64,000 nt of DNA from Acidimicrobiales bacterium (GCA_963667085.2 OY762975.1:655578-719577); one strand, 5' to 3'. Positions 12,943 through 23,620 are shown, counted from the first letter of the stretch. The notes: generated by a model not told the origin, from the letters alone. A program made the numbers and translations.

Positions 12943-14459
12943 TGGCGGAAGTGGCGTTCGCCGGTGAACACCATTGACATACCGTGCTCGTTGGCGGCGT
13001 CGATCACCTCTTGGTCGCGCACTGACCCGCCCGGCTGGATGACGGTGGCACATTGGGCCTCGGCGGCGGCGTCGAGGCCGTCGCGGAACGGGAAGAAGGC
13101 GTCGCTGGCGCAGGCCCCTCCTGCCGCTCGACCGGCCGCCTTCTCGGCGGCAATGCGTCCGGCGTCGCGCCGGTTCTGCTGGCCAGCGCCGATGCCCACG
13201 GCCTGGCGGTCTTTAGCCAACACGATGCAGTTCGATCCGACCCGGGCCGCCACTCGCCAAGCCAGCTCCAAGTCGGCCCACTGGTCGTCGGTGGGGGCCC
13301 GCTCGGTCACCACCTGCCAGATTGAGCGGTCCATGGTCACGGTGTCGGGGGTCTGAACCAGAGCCGCGCCTCCAAGCGTGCGGATCTCCAAATCGGCCGA
13401 CTCCGGCGGTGGGGCGTGGAGCACCCGCAGGTTCTTCTTGCGGCCCAGCAGCGCCAGCGCAGCCTCCTCGTATTCGGGGGCAATGAGCACTTCGGTGAAC
13501 ACGTCGGCCATAGCCTCAGCCATCGCCGCGGTCACCAGGCGGTTAACGGCCACAATCCCCCCGAATGACGACACTGGATCGCACTCGTGGGCCCGCCGGT
13601 AGGCGGTGGCGATGTCGTCGGCCACGGCCGCCCCGCAGGGGTTGGCATGCTTGATCACCACGGCAGCTGGATCGTCGCCCAGCGAGTAAACCAGCCGCCA
13701 GGCGGCGTCGGCGTCGAACACGTTGAGGTACGACATGGCCTTGCCCTGAAGCTGGGTTGCCTGGTCCCACCAGCTCGACTGGCTAGCAATCCGGTAGCGG
13801 GCCCCTGTCTGATGGGGGTTCTCGCCGTAGCGCAGAACCTCTTGGCGCTCCAGGGTCAGCGCCACGGTGGGGGGAAGTTCTTCTTCGTCGGCATCGGTTA
13901 GCCAGTCGGCGATGGCCGTGTCGTATGCGCTGGTGTGGGCATATGCCGCTCGGGCCAGCCGCCGCCGGGTGGCGTCCGACAACGAGCCGTCGCGCTCCAA
14001 TTCCTCCAGCACAGCGTCATAGTCGTCGGGCTGCACCACTACGCCGACCCGCTCGTGGTTCTTGGCCGCGGCCCGCACCATGGCCGGTCCGCCGATGTCG
14101 ATCTGCTCCACCGAGGGGTCGGAGCGGAACGGATACAGGTTGGATACCACCAAGTCGATGGGCACGATGCCCCGGTCGGCCAAATCCCTCACATGGCCGG
14201 GGTTCGTCAGGTCGGCCAGCAATCCCCCATGGATCACGGGGTGGACCGTCTTGACCCGTCCATCCATCATCTCAGGTGCGCCGGTGACTTCTTCCACTGG
14301 GATGACCTGGATCCCGGCGTCGGCCAGGGCGGCGGACGTACCCCCGCTGGAGATGATCTCCCATCCCATGGCCACCAGCCGCTGGGCCAGGTCAATCACC
14401 CCGGTCTTGTCGTACACCGACACCAGCGCCCGCGGCGGCTGGTCAGCTCCTTGGCTCAT
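12939..14459 (-). CDS. purH: bifunctional AICAR formyltransferase / IMP cyclohydrolase
   Basis: 506 aa. [14 protein letters not shown]-like [15 protein letters not shown], and the C-terminus FTGERHFRH. Confidence 0.95.
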   Translation of the reverse strand: MSQGADQPPRALVSVYDKTGVIDLAQRLVAMGWEIISSGGTSAALADAGIQVIPVEEVTGAPEMMDGRVKTVHPVIHGGLLADLTNPGHVRDLADRGIVPIDLVVSNLYPFRSDPSVEQIDIGGPAMVRAAAKNHERVGVVVQPDDYDAVLEELERDGSLSDATRRRLARAAYAHTSAYDTAIADWLTDADEEELPPTVALTLERQEVLRYGENPHQTGARYRIASQSSWWDQATQLQGKAMSYLNVFDADAAWRLVYSLGDDPAAVVIKHANPCGAAVADDIATAYRRAHECDPVSSFGGIVAVNRLVTAAMAEAMADVFTEVLIAPEYEEAALALLGRKKNLRVLHAPPPESADLEIRTLGGAALVQTPDTVTMDRSIWQVVTERAPTDDQWADLELAWRVAARVGSNCIVLAKDRQAVGIGAGQQNRRDAGRIAAEKAAGRAAGGACASDAFFPFRDGLDAAAEAQCATVIQPGGSVRDQEVIDAANEHGMSMVFTGERHFRH

Positions 14460-15019
14460 AGGACATATCCCCGATCGATGATCTCTCTGACGGTGCGGAT
14501 GTAGAGGTCGCGTTCCACCGTCTTGATTCGCTCGTGCAGCGTGTCCACCGTGTCATCGGGCTCAACGGCCACAGCCTGCTGGGCCAGAATGGGCCCGGCG
14601 TCTACCTCCAGGGTGGCCACGTGCACGGTGCAGCCGGTGACCTTGACCCCGTATTCCATGGCGTCTTGCACCGCGTGCCAGCCGGGGAAGGCGGGAAGCA
14701 GCGACGGGTGGGTGTTCAAGATGCGCCCCCCGTAAGCATCCTGAATCGGCTGATCTAACACGGTGCCGAATCCGGCCATGGCCACTAATTCGATTTCGTC
14801 AGCCTGGAGGCACTCAGTCACCTGCCTTGTGTAGTCAACCCGGTCGAAGTCGGAACCGAAGCTGGTCCGCTCCACCAGCTCACACGCCAAGCCATGATTG
14901 GCCGCCACCTTCTCCGCCTTGCAGGGCCGATCTACCAGCACCAGCGAGATGGGCAGCCCGCTGTCGGCCATGGCGTCGAGGATCGTCCCACTGCCCGAGG
15001 CCAGCACCGCTAGTCGCAT
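14456..15019 (-). CDS. purN: phosphoribosylglycinamide formyltransferase
   Basis: RLAVLASGSGT, NTHPSLLP and GCTVH motifs. 4-nt overlap with purH. Confidence 0.9.
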   Translation of the reverse strand: MRLAVLASGSGTILDAMADSGLPISLVLVDRPCKAEKVAANHGLACELVERTSFGSDFDRVDYTRQVTECLQADEIELVAMAGFGTVLDQPIQDAYGGRILNTHPSLLPAFPGWHAVQDAMEYGVKVTGCTVHVATLEVDAGPILAQQAVAVEPDDTVDTLHERIKTVERDLYIRTVREIIDRGYVL

Positions 15020-15045
15020 CGGGCCGAACCTACCACCCGCCTATA

Positions 15046-15930
15046 TCAGAGCCCGGCCACTACCTCGGCCATGATGTCGCCGGCTTCGCTGGGGCTTTGG
15101 CCGATGCGGACGCCGGCGGCGGCCAGGGCGTCCATCTTGGCCTGGGCGGTGCCCTTGCCCCCCGACACGATGGCCCCGGCGTGGCCCATCTTCTTGCCCG
15201 GCGGAGCGGTGAGCCCGGCGATGTAGGCCACCACCGGCTTGGACACGTTGGCGGCGATGAACTCAGCGGCCTCCTCCTCGGCCGACCCACCGATCTCGCC
15301 GATCATCATGACCGCCTCGGTCTCGGGATCGTCCTCGAAGGCGGCCAGGCAGTCGATGAACGACGTGCCCGGCACCGGGTCGCCGCCGATGCCCACGCAG
15401 GTGGTGCAGCCGATGTCCTTCTGCTTCAGCTCGTAGAGCGCCTGGTAGGTGAGGGTGCCCGAACGGCTCACGATGCCCACCGGACCGCCCTCTTTGGCGA
15501 TGTGGCCGGCGGTGATGCCGATGTTGGCCTTGCCGGGGCTGATGAGGCCGGGGCAGTTGGGCCCGAGCAGCCGCACACCGGGATAGTCGGCCTTGAGCTT
15601 GTTGTAGAAGTAGGCCTCGTCGTGCATGGGCACGCCCTCGGTGATCACCACGATCAGCTCCACCCCGCCCTCGGCGGCCTCCAGCACCGCGCTGCGCACC
15701 CCGGCGGCGGGAATGAACACGCACGACACGTTGGCGCCGGTGGCCTCAACGGCATCGGCCACGGTGGCGAATATGGGCACGCCCTCCACGTCGGTGCCCG
15801 CCTTGCGGGGATTGGTGCCGGCCACCACCTGGGTGCCGTAGTCGCGGTTCAGCATGCCGTAGTACCGACCCTGGCTCCCGGTGAGGCCCTGGTAGACCAC
15901 CTTGGTGTTCTCGTCGACGAAGATGCTCAT
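15046..15930 (-). CDS. sucD: succinyl-CoA synthetase alpha subunit
   Basis: [20 protein letters not shown], and the phosphohistidine loop MGHAGAIV. Confidence 0.95.
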   Translation of the reverse strand: MSIFVDENTKVVYQGLTGSQGRYYGMLNRDYGTQVVAGTNPRKAGTDVEGVPIFATVADAVEATGANVSCVFIPAAGVRSAVLEAAEGGVELIVVITEGVPMHDEAYFYNKLKADYPGVRLLGPNCPGLISPGKANIGITAGHIAKEGGPVGIVSRSGTLTYQALYELKQKDIGCTTCVGIGGDPVPGTSFIDCLAAFEDDPETEAVMMIGEIGGSAEEEAAEFIAANVSKPVVAYIAGLTAPPGKKMGHAGAIVSGGKGTAQAKMDALAAAGVRIGQSPSEAGDIMAEVVAGL

Positions 15931-17075
15931 GATGCAGCTCCTTCTGCGAGGGCGACGGCTTCTCGGGCCGCTTCCAGCATGGTGGGCGCCATCATGAGCC
16001 GGTCGCTCAGATGAGGTGCCAGCAGCGCTCGGCCCTCATCGGCATTGGTGCCGTCGAGACGGATCACGATGGGCGAGGCGATGTCCACCCGGTTCATGGC
16101 CTCGATGATGCCGTTGGCCACCTCCTCACCCCGGGTGATGCCCCCGAAGATGTTGATGAATATGGACGCCACGTCGGGATCGTTGTTGATCACCTCCAGC
16201 GCCCCGGCCATCACGTCGGCATTGGCCCCGCCGCCGATATCCAGGAAGTTGGCCGGCTTTCCCCCCACCTGGTTGACCACGTCCACCGTGCTCATGGCCA
16301 GACCGGCGCCGTTGGCGATCACGCCCACCGAGCCTTCCAGGCCCACATATTGCAGCCCCTTGGCGTGGGCGGCGGCCTCTCGCTCGTCGCGGGGCTGGGT
16401 GGCGTCGAAGGGAGCCAGATCGTGGCGGAAGCCGGCGTTGCCGTCGAGGGTCACCTTGGCGTCGAGCACGTGCACCCGGCCCTCGGGGGTGACGATCAGC
16501 GGGTTGATCTCCACCAGGTCGGCGTCGCCGCCGGTGTAGGCCTCATACAGCTTCAACAGCAGCTCCACCGTTTGGTCGGTGACGTCGGGGTTGAGGTTGG
16601 CGGCCAGCACCCACTGGCGGCACTGGTCCTCGGAGAGGCCGTCCACGGGGTCGACCCAGATCTTGGCGATGGCGTCGGGGTTCTCCTCGGCCACGGCCTC
16701 GATCTCCACCCCGCCCTCGGCCGACAGCATCCCCAGGTGCTGCTTGGCCGACCGGTCGAGGGTGAAGCTCACGTAGTACTCCTCGGCGATGTCGGAGGCC
16801 TTCTCGATCCAAATGTTCTCGACGATGTGGCCCCGGATGTCGAGCCCCAAGATGTTGGACGCATGGGTGCGCACGGCCTCGATGTCGGCGGCGAACTTCA
16901 CGCCCCCGGCCTTGCCCCGCCCCCCGGTATGCACCTGGGCCTTCACCATCACCGGCGTTCCCAACCGCTCGGCGGCGGCCACCGCGTCGTCCACGGTGGT
17001 AACCGCCTCGCCGGGCGACACCGGCATGTCATACGACGCGAAAAACTGTTTTCCCTGATATTCGAATAAGTCCAC
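15927..17075 (-). CDS. sucC: succinyl-CoA synthetase beta subunit
   Basis: GTG 17075 gives VDLFEYQGKQFF, the canonical SucC N-terminus. ATP-grasp domain plus ligase-CoA domain. 4-nt overlap with sucD. Confidence 0.95.
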   Translation of the reverse strand: MDLFEYQGKQFFASYDMPVSPGEAVTTVDDAVAAAERLGTPVMVKAQVHTGGRGKAGGVKFAADIEAVRTHASNILGLDIRGHIVENIWIEKASDIAEEYYVSFTLDRSAKQHLGMLSAEGGVEIEAVAEENPDAIAKIWVDPVDGLSEDQCRQWVLAANLNPDVTDQTVELLLKLYEAYTGGDADLVEINPLIVTPEGRVHVLDAKVTLDGNAGFRHDLAPFDATQPRDEREAAAHAKGLQYVGLEGSVGVIANGAGLAMSTVDVVNQVGGKPANFLDIGGGANADVMAGALEVINNDPDVASIFINIFGGITRGEEVANGIIEAMNRVDIASPIVIRLDGTNADEGRALLAPHLSDRLMMAPTMLEAAREAVALAEGAAS

Positions 17076-17174
17076 GGGCTCCCCAATGCAGCGCGATGGC
17101 CAAGTATGCGGTGTGGTCCGGCGATGGTTCGTACCGCCGTTGCTTCGCCGCGATACTAGGAGCAACGTCGTCTA

Positions 17175-17693
17175 GTGGAACGAACCGAGGAAGGACTCGT
17201 GCCCGTCGCATCTGGCCCCAAGATCACGCCGCTGCGAGCGGTTGTCTACTCCGTGATCAGCATCGGGCTCGGGGTGGGGCTGGTGTTCGCCGTGGTGTCG
17301 CTGGCCGGCTCCGACCAGATCGAGGTGAAGCTGGGCGACGACGACTTCAACGCTGGCGACGCCGAGAACCTGGCCGCCGAGATCGCCGACCGAGGACCGA
17401 TTCCGTGGGCCCCGCTGAGCCGGGGGCGCAGCATCTGGATCAACCACACCGGCAGCGATCCCGGGCTGGGTTGGTTCGCCTTCGACGTGCAGTCGCCCGG
17501 AGCCAGCGACGATTGCGTGGTCGACTGGGACCCCGACCGGCAACTGTTCGCCGACACCTGCGACGAAACCCTGGTCTACTCCACCACCGGCGACGGCCTC
17601 ACCCAGTTCGGCGTGTGGGTCAACGACGACGGCGACCTCATCGTGGACGTCAACGCCAACGACCTATCGCCCATTCCGGCTGTCGAGGAATAG
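17175..17693 (+). CDS. hypothetical membrane-anchored protein
   Basis: Single N-terminal TM (VVYSVISIGLGVGLVFAVVSLA) followed by an acidic extracytoplasmic domain. No family recognised. Confidence 0.45.
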   Translation: MERTEEGLVPVASGPKITPLRAVVYSVISIGLGVGLVFAVVSLAGSDQIEVKLGDDDFNAGDAENLAAEIADRGPIPWAPLSRGRSIWINHTGSDPGLGWFAFDVQSPGASDDCVVDWDPDRQLFADTCDETLVYSTTGDGLTQFGVWVNDDGDLIVDVNANDLSPIPAVEE

Positions 17694-17706
17694 GAAGTAG
17701 CCGAAG

Positions 17707-19926
17707 TCAGGCTTTTTCGAGGCGGGCGTAGGAGGCGAGGAGGACTTTGGGGCCTTCGGTGGTGAAGTTGACGGTGATCTCGGCGTCGTCGGGGGTTTGT
17801 TTTACGTCGGTGACGACGCCGAGGCCGAATTTGGGATGGTTCACGTCGTCGCCGATCACCACCTGAAGCGGACTGGGGTCGGCCTTCACGGGGATGCGGG
17901 GGGTTTGGGCGGCATCCACGATGCGGTCTCGGCCCGCGAAGGAGCGGGCATTGCGGTCGGTGTCCCGGCCGTAAGCCGACCTGGTTGAACGGTTGAGGCT
18001 GCTGCTGCGGTTGTCAACCAACTCTTCGGGAATCTCCTCCAAGAACCTGGATGGCGCGTTGTACATCGAGGCGCCGTGGATGTTTCGCGTCCAAGCATGG
18101 GTCAGATAGAGCCGCTGCTGGGCCCGGGTGATGCCCACATAGGCCAGGCGGCGCTCCTCCTCCAGTTCGTCGGGCTCAGTGAGCGAGCGGAAATGGGGGA
18201 ACACGCCGTCCTCCATGCCCACCAGGAACACCACCGGGTACTCCAGGCCTTTGGCCGAGTGCAAGGTCATCAGCGTGAGCATGGAGTCGTCGGTCAGGTC
18301 GTCGGTGTCCGACACAAGGCTGACCTGTTCGAGAAAGTCGTTCATGTCGTCGCACTCAGAGGCCGCACTGATCAACTCGTCGAGGTTCTCCAGCCTCCCC
18401 TGGGCCTGGATGCTCACCTCAGTGCCCCCGGCAGCTTCTGCCTCGATCTGGGCCAGATACCCGCTGGTGTCGAGCATGTGCTCCAACACAAGGGCAGGGC
18501 CGCCGTCGAGCAGGCCGCGGGCGTCGTCGATCACCTTCAAGAAGGCGTTGACCCCCTTCAGCGCCCGCCCGCTCACCCCCGCATCCGACGCGTTCGCCAA
18601 AGCGTCCATCAGGGTCAGCCCGTGGGCCTCGGCCCAAGCCTCCAGCTTGGCCACCGACCCGTCGCCCACCCCCCGCTTGGGCGTGTTCAGCGCCCGGCGC
18701 AGGCTGACGGTGTCGCCGGGGTTGACCGTCACCCGCAGATAGGCCAAGGCGTCTTTGACCTCCCGGCGATCGTAGAAGCGGGTGCCGCCGATGAGCTGAT
18801 AGGGGATGTTGGCCTCCATCAGCACCTCTTCCACCGCCCGGCTCTGGGCGTTGGTTCGGTAGAACACGGCCATCTCGTCCCAGCGGAACTGCTCATCGTC
18901 GTGGAGCCGGTACGCTTCCCGCACCACCCAGCGGGCCTCGTCGTACTCGTCGGAGGCGCAGTAGCGAACGATGGGGTCGCCGCCGGTCTGGTCGGTCCAC
19001 AGGTTCTTGGGCTTGCGGGCCAGGTTGTGGGCGATCACCGCGTTGGCCGCGCTCAGGATGCGCTGGGTGGAGCGGTAATTCTGCTCCAACAGCACCACGG
19101 TGGCGTCCTCGAAGGCCCGCTCGAAGTCCAGAATGTTGCGGATGTCGGCCCCCCGGAATCGGTAGACCGACTGGTCGGCGTCGCCCACCACGAACACGTT
19201 GCGGTGCTCCTGGCCCAGCGTCAGCACCAGCTCGTTCTGGACCCGGTTGGTGTCCTGGTATTCGTCCACCAGCACGTGCTCGAATCTGCGGCGATAGCGG
19301 TCCAGCACATCGGGGTTCTGCCGGAACAGGTCCACGGTCGTGCCCAAGAGGTCGTCGAAGTCCATGGCCCCGGCCCGGCGAAGGCGCTGCTGGTACTCGT
19401 CGTAAATCTCGCCGATGCGGCGCTCGAACAAGTTGGCGGCCCGGTCTTTGTACTGGGCCACGCCGATCATCTCGTTTTTTGCCGCGCTGATGGCGGCGTG
19501 GATCGAGCGGGACGGCATCCGCTTGGGGTCGAGGTTGAAGTCCCGGCAGATGTAGCGGGTGAGCCTCACCGAGTCGGCCTGGTCGTAGATGGTGAAGGTG
19601 GAGGGGAAGTCAATGGCCTCGTGCTCGTAGCGCAGGATGCGGACACAGGCTGAGTGAAAGGTGCTCACCCACATCTTCTCGGCCACCGGGCCGACGAGGG
19701 CGCCCACCCGGTGCTTCATCTCCTGGGCTGCCTTGTTGGTGAAGGTGATGGCCAGCAGGGCAAAGGGGGAAACGCCCAGGTGGTCGATGAGGTAGGCGAT
19801 GCGGTGGGTGAGGACGCGGGTCTTGCCCGAGCCGGCCCCGGCTACCACCAGAATGGGGCCTCCCGGGTGGGTGACCGCGTCGATTTGGGCCGGGTTCAGG
19901 CCCTCGGTGAGCGCGGTCTGTGGCAT
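17707..19926 (-). CDS. pcrA: ATP-dependent DNA helicase PcrA/UvrD
   Basis: Helicase motifs AGAGSGKT, DEYQDTN, VGDADQSVYRFRGA, HSAKGLEYPVVF, YVGITRA. Start is ATG 19926 or 19950. Confidence 0.9.
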   Translation of the reverse strand: MPQTALTEGLNPAQIDAVTHPGGPILVVAGAGSGKTRVLTHRIAYLIDHLGVSPFALLAITFTNKAAQEMKHRVGALVGPVAEKMWVSTFHSACVRILRYEHEAIDFPSTFTIYDQADSVRLTRYICRDFNLDPKRMPSRSIHAAISAAKNEMIGVAQYKDRAANLFERRIGEIYDEYQQRLRRAGAMDFDDLLGTTVDLFRQNPDVLDRYRRRFEHVLVDEYQDTNRVQNELVLTLGQEHRNVFVVGDADQSVYRFRGADIRNILDFERAFEDATVVLLEQNYRSTQRILSAANAVIAHNLARKPKNLWTDQTGGDPIVRYCASDEYDEARWVVREAYRLHDDEQFRWDEMAVFYRTNAQSRAVEEVLMEANIPYQLIGGTRFYDRREVKDALAYLRVTVNPGDTVSLRRALNTPKRGVGDGSVAKLEAWAEAHGLTLMDALANASDAGVSGRALKGVNAFLKVIDDARGLLDGGPALVLEHMLDTSGYLAQIEAEAAGGTEVSIQAQGRLENLDELISAASECDDMNDFLEQVSLVSDTDDLTDDSMLTLMTLHSAKGLEYPVVFLVGMEDGVFPHFRSLTEPDELEEERRLAYVGITRAQQRLYLTHAWTRNIHGASMYNAPSRFLEEIPEELVDNRSSSLNRSTRSAYGRDTDRNARSFAGRDRIVDAAQTPRIPVKADPSPLQVVIGDDVNHPKFGLGVVTDVKQTPDDAEITVNFTTEGPKVLLASYARLEKA

Positions 19927-20072
19927 TTGGCCAACACTACCGACCACCATCCCCCGGCGTGACTGCGGGTCCTGTCTCCGAGGCGGCTCGGCGGACGGTG
20001 CCGCCGAGTCCTAGCCTCGGAGCCACCCACAGTCACGCCTATATTTGGACCCTATCTCCTACTAGTGAAGGG

Positions 20073-21008
20073 ATGGGGATGCGGAAGTTTCGGTTTGGGG
20101 TGCAGGTTCGGGATGTGACTGATGCCCGGGAGTGGCGGGAGATGGCTCGGCAGGCGGAGGGGTTGGGGTATGACGTGTTCAGCGTGCCTGACCATTTCGA
20201 TGTTGGGCCGGCGCCGATGGTGGCGCTGGCCTTTGCCGCTGAGGCCACCACCACGCTGGGGCTGGGGACCATGGTGCTGGCCAACGATTTCCGGCACCCC
20301 GCGGCGCTGGCCAAAGAGGCGGCCACCTTGGATGTGCTTTCGGGCGGGCGGTTTGAGTTGGGCATCGGCGCCGGATGGCAAAACAGCGACTACCACAGCA
20401 CCGGCATCACCATGGACCGGCCCGGCGTGCGGATCGAGCGACTGGGTGAGGCGGTGGCCATCATCAAGGGGTTGCTGGCTGGCGAGACGGTCACGTTCTC
20501 GGGCCAGCACTACACCATCGACGGGCTGGAAGGACTCCCCGAGCCGGTGCGACCGGGAGGCCCGCCGCTGTTCGTGGCCGGAGGCTCTGAGCGGGTGCTG
20601 CGATTGGCCGCTCGAACAGCCGACATCGTGGGGGTGAATCCCAGCATGGCGGCCGGGGTCATCGACAACCGTGTCGGTCCGTCGGCCACTGCCGAGGCCA
20701 CCGCGGCCAAGATCAACTGGATCCGGGAGAGCGCCGGAGAGCGGTTCGAAAGCTTAGAACTGCACTCCCGGGTTCACGTGGCCACACTTACCGACGACAA
20801 GCGGAACTTTGCGGGGGCACTGGCTCCGGCGTTGGGACTGGACACCGAACAGGCACTGGCGTCGCCTCACAGCCTGATCGGAACAGTGGACGAGGTGGTG
20901 GACAAGCTGGTTCGCCAGCGCGAGGAACTGGGCATCAGCTACATCGGCCTGTCGATCGAGTCCATGGAGGACATGGCCCCAGTAGTAGCCCGCCTGGCGG
21001 GAACCTGA
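20073..21008 (+). CDS. LLM-class (luciferase-like) F420-dependent oxidoreductase
   Basis: FRFGVQV...GYDVFSVPDHF...ELGIGAGW pattern of luciferase-like monooxygenases. Start trimmed to ATG 20073, which follows GAAGG. Confidence 0.8.
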   Translation: MGMRKFRFGVQVRDVTDAREWREMARQAEGLGYDVFSVPDHFDVGPAPMVALAFAAEATTTLGLGTMVLANDFRHPAALAKEAATLDVLSGGRFELGIGAGWQNSDYHSTGITMDRPGVRIERLGEAVAIIKGLLAGETVTFSGQHYTIDGLEGLPEPVRPGGPPLFVAGGSERVLRLAARTADIVGVNPSMAAGVIDNRVGPSATAEATAAKINWIRESAGERFESLELHSRVHVATLTDDKRNFAGALAPALGLDTEQALASPHSLIGTVDEVVDKLVRQREELGISYIGLSIESMEDMAPVVARLAGT

Positions 21009-21056
21009 GTTTGCCTTATCGGTATTCCGGTCTAGCCCATTAGTGTTAATTCCCCT

Positions 21057-22211
21057 ATGTCTGAGGTAGAAGCCACTGCCGAAGAACCACAAGAGGCCGC
21101 CGCCGAAGAACCCGAGGCCGAACCCGCCGCAGAACCCGAACAGCCCGCTGCCGGTGTGGAGGAACCGAAGCCGGAGGCGCCGCCGGGGGAGCCGGCATCG
21201 CCGACGGTGGACGGGTTGGCCGGGGGGACCATCGTGTCCGGGTCGGTCAAGACCAAAGCCACCCACGAAATTGAGCTCGACTTGGGGGGCGGTCGGATCG
21301 GGGTCATCAGCCAGCGTTACTGGGGCGACGACCCGGCTGCCGACCTCGCCCAAGAGTGCGTGCTGGGCGAGGTGATCAACGCCGCCGTGCTGGTGCGGGA
21401 AGACCACAAGGGGCGCATCGTATTGTCCCGGCTGTGGGCCATGCAGCAGATCGCCTGGGTAAACATCGCCCGGGCGGATGCGGCCAAAGAGCCGGTCACC
21501 GGGACGATCACCGCGGTGGTCAAGGGCGGGCTATCGTGCGATGTGGGGGTGCGCGGCTTCATCCCATCGTCGCTCATCGACGTGGAACCGGTGGATAACC
21601 TTCAGGCGCTGGTCGGCCGGGAAGTGCAGTGCAAGGTGGTGGAGGCCGACCAGGTGTCGGGACGCCTGGTGCTGTCCCGCAAGGCGGTGGTCCGGGCCGA
21701 GCAGCGCAAGGCGGCCAAAGCGTTTATGGAGACCATGTCGGCGGGCGACGAGTACACCGGAAAGGTGGTGGACATCCAGGATTTCGGTGCCTTCGTCGAT
21801 ATCAACGGCGTGCGGGGACTGGTCCACACCACCGAACTGGGGTGGAAGCGGGTGCAGCACCCCAATGAGATGGTGAGCGTGGGCGACGAGGTGCAGGTGA
21901 AGGTCAAGTCGGTGCAAGTGCCCAAGCAACGGGTGAACCTCACCATGAAGCTCACCCCCGACCCCCTGACCGAACTTGAAGTCGGCGGACTGGTGTCCGG
22001 CCGTGTCACCCGCCTGGTGGACTTCGGCGCGTTCGTGGCCGTGGCCGACGATATCGAGGGCTTGGTCCACATCACCGAGATGGCCGAATACCGGGTGTAC
22101 CACCCCGAGGAGATCGTCCTCCCCGGCGAAGAGGTATGGGTCAAAGTCCTGGCCGTAGACCGCAAGCGCCGCCGCGTCGACCTCTCCATCGCCCAAGCCA
22201 TCGCCGGCTAA
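21057..22211 (+). CDS. rpsA: 30S ribosomal protein S1 (four S1 domains, acidic Pro/Glu-rich N-terminal extension)
   Basis: Repeated S1 OB-fold motifs (GTITAVVKGGLSCDVG-VRGFIPSS, GKVVDIQDFGAFVDING-VRGLVHTTE, GRVTRLVDFGAFVAVADDIEGLVHITE). Confidence 0.8.
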   Translation: MSEVEATAEEPQEAAAEEPEAEPAAEPEQPAAGVEEPKPEAPPGEPASPTVDGLAGGTIVSGSVKTKATHEIELDLGGGRIGVISQRYWGDDPAADLAQECVLGEVINAAVLVREDHKGRIVLSRLWAMQQIAWVNIARADAAKEPVTGTITAVVKGGLSCDVGVRGFIPSSLIDVEPVDNLQALVGREVQCKVVEADQVSGRLVLSRKAVVRAEQRKAAKAFMETMSAGDEYTGKVVDIQDFGAFVDINGVRGLVHTTELGWKRVQHPNEMVSVGDEVQVKVKSVQVPKQRVNLTMKLTPDPLTELEVGGLVSGRVTRLVDFGAFVAVADDIEGLVHITEMAEYRVYHPEEIVLPGEEVWVKVLAVDRKRRRVDLSIAQAIAG

Positions 22212-22236
22212 TCGAAAAGATTTCGTTTTTTGGTTA
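22210..22236 (+). terminator. weak AU-rich hairpin plus T-tract right after the rpsA stop (candidate intrinsic terminator or operator palindrome)
   Basis: TAATCGAAAAGATTTCGTTTTTTGG: arms AATCGAAA / TTTCGTTT (7 of 8 complementary), 3-nt loop, then T6. Unusually AT-rich for this genome. Confidence 0.3.
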
Positions 22237-22283
22237 AATTTGTGGAGTATCCTGCCGACGCCGATTTCTGAGAGGACGTGAGC

Positions 22284-22742
22284 ATGTCAGGAGCAGTCGG
22301 AGTGCGTCATTGGTCGCACGTGATCATCCATCCGGTGGATGTGGATGCTTCGCTGGAGTTCTACACCAAGCTGCTGGGCTACGAGGTTCTGTCTGACGAG
22401 CAAATCTCAGGACCGGGACTCGACGCCATCGTCGGCCGAGAAGGGGTCCAGGGACGGGTCGTGGTCGGCCTGGTTGGGGGGCAGAAGGTTGAGTTCGTCT
22501 ATCTCGGCGACCCAGATCTGGGTGGCCCCCAAGACAATGAGCGCGGCCTGCGAGGATTCACCGTGCGAGTGGCCGATATCAACGAGGCGGCCGACGCCTG
22601 CACTGCTCACGGAGTGCCGATTGTCAGCGGCCCGTCGGAGATCAAAGGATTCTGGCAGTTCATGATCATGGACCCCGACGGCGTCGCGATCGAGATCTCC
22701 CAACCGCCTCCCGGAGTGGAACTCTCCGGACCGCTGTCATGA
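22284..22742 (+). CDS. VOC/glyoxalase-family protein
   Basis: About 150 aa with glyoxalase/bleomycin-resistance fold pattern (HVIIHPVDVDASLEFYTKLLGYEV...DPDGVAIEI). Start is ATG 22284 or GTG 22278. Confidence 0.7.
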   Translation: MSGAVGVRHWSHVIIHPVDVDASLEFYTKLLGYEVLSDEQISGPGLDAIVGREGVQGRVVVGLVGGQKVEFVYLGDPDLGGPQDNERGLRGFTVRVADINEAADACTAHGVPIVSGPSEIKGFWQFMIMDPDGVAIEISQPPPGVELSGPLS

Positions 22743-23608
22743 GCGAACAGTCTCCGCAAACGCCTAGCCCCATTGCGCTGGTCACCGGGGCCAGTCGGGG
22801 AATCGGCCGGGCTAGCGCGCTGGCCCTGGCTGATGCGGGATTCGACGTCGCCATCACCGCCCGGACGGTGCGGGAAGGCGAGGGAAGGATCGGACCGCCC
22901 ACGTCCGATGGCGGAGGCGACGTGACCGTTCCCGGAAGCCTGGAGACGACGGCTGCCGAGATCACCGAGCGGGGCCAGCGGGCCCTGTCCATCACCATGG
23001 ATCTCCTGTCGGCGGAGTCGGTGCGGGCCGCAGCCGCAACCGCCCTTGACGAGTGGGGTCGGGTCGACGTGTTGGTGAACAACGCCATCTGGAGCGGCCC
23101 TGGCCTGCTCGACCCCGTTGGGGTGCTGAACCTCGAAGCCCTCGACACTGCGTTCACCGCCAATGTGCTGCGCCAGGTGCTTCTCACGCAACTCATCCTG
23201 CCGTCGATGATCGAGCGGGGATCGGGCCTCATCTTGAACCTGACCTCATCGGCCGGCCAGGTCGACGATCCCCCTTATCAAGTGGTCGAACTCAAGATGC
23301 TCGGCTTTGCCCACTGCGCCTCTAAGGGCGCCTTCCACCGCATGGCGCCCATGCTGCAAGCCGAGCACGAGTCTGACGGGATCACTGCAATCAACATCGA
23401 CCCCGGCTTCACCTGGACCGAGACCATGGCGGCGCTCGACTTGCATAATTTCGGAGGCGCGCCCCCCGAGGCCACCGGGAAGGTCGTGGCCTGGCTGGCC
23501 GAGGAACCCGAGCGAGCAGCCGAATGGCGGGGACGCACCCTGAACTCCCTAGAGTTGTGCGCCGAACTCGGCCTTGTTGAGGGTTGGCCGCCACAGAATG
23601 GAACATGA
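22739..23608 (+). CDS. SDR-family oxidoreductase (atypical: HxxxK in place of YxxxK)
   Basis: TGASRGIG cofactor motif and NNAI. The expected YxASK reads AHCASK. ATGA overlap with the VOC gene. Confidence 0.8.
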   Translation: MSEQSPQTPSPIALVTGASRGIGRASALALADAGFDVAITARTVREGEGRIGPPTSDGGGDVTVPGSLETTAAEITERGQRALSITMDLLSAESVRAAAATALDEWGRVDVLVNNAIWSGPGLLDPVGVLNLEALDTAFTANVLRQVLLTQLILPSMIERGSGLILNLTSSAGQVDDPPYQVVELKMLGFAHCASKGAFHRMAPMLQAEHESDGITAINIDPGFTWTETMAALDLHNFGGAPPEATGKVVAWLAEEPERAAEWRGRTLNSLELCAELGLVEGWPPQNGT

Positions 23609-23620
23609 GGGACTGTTGCC

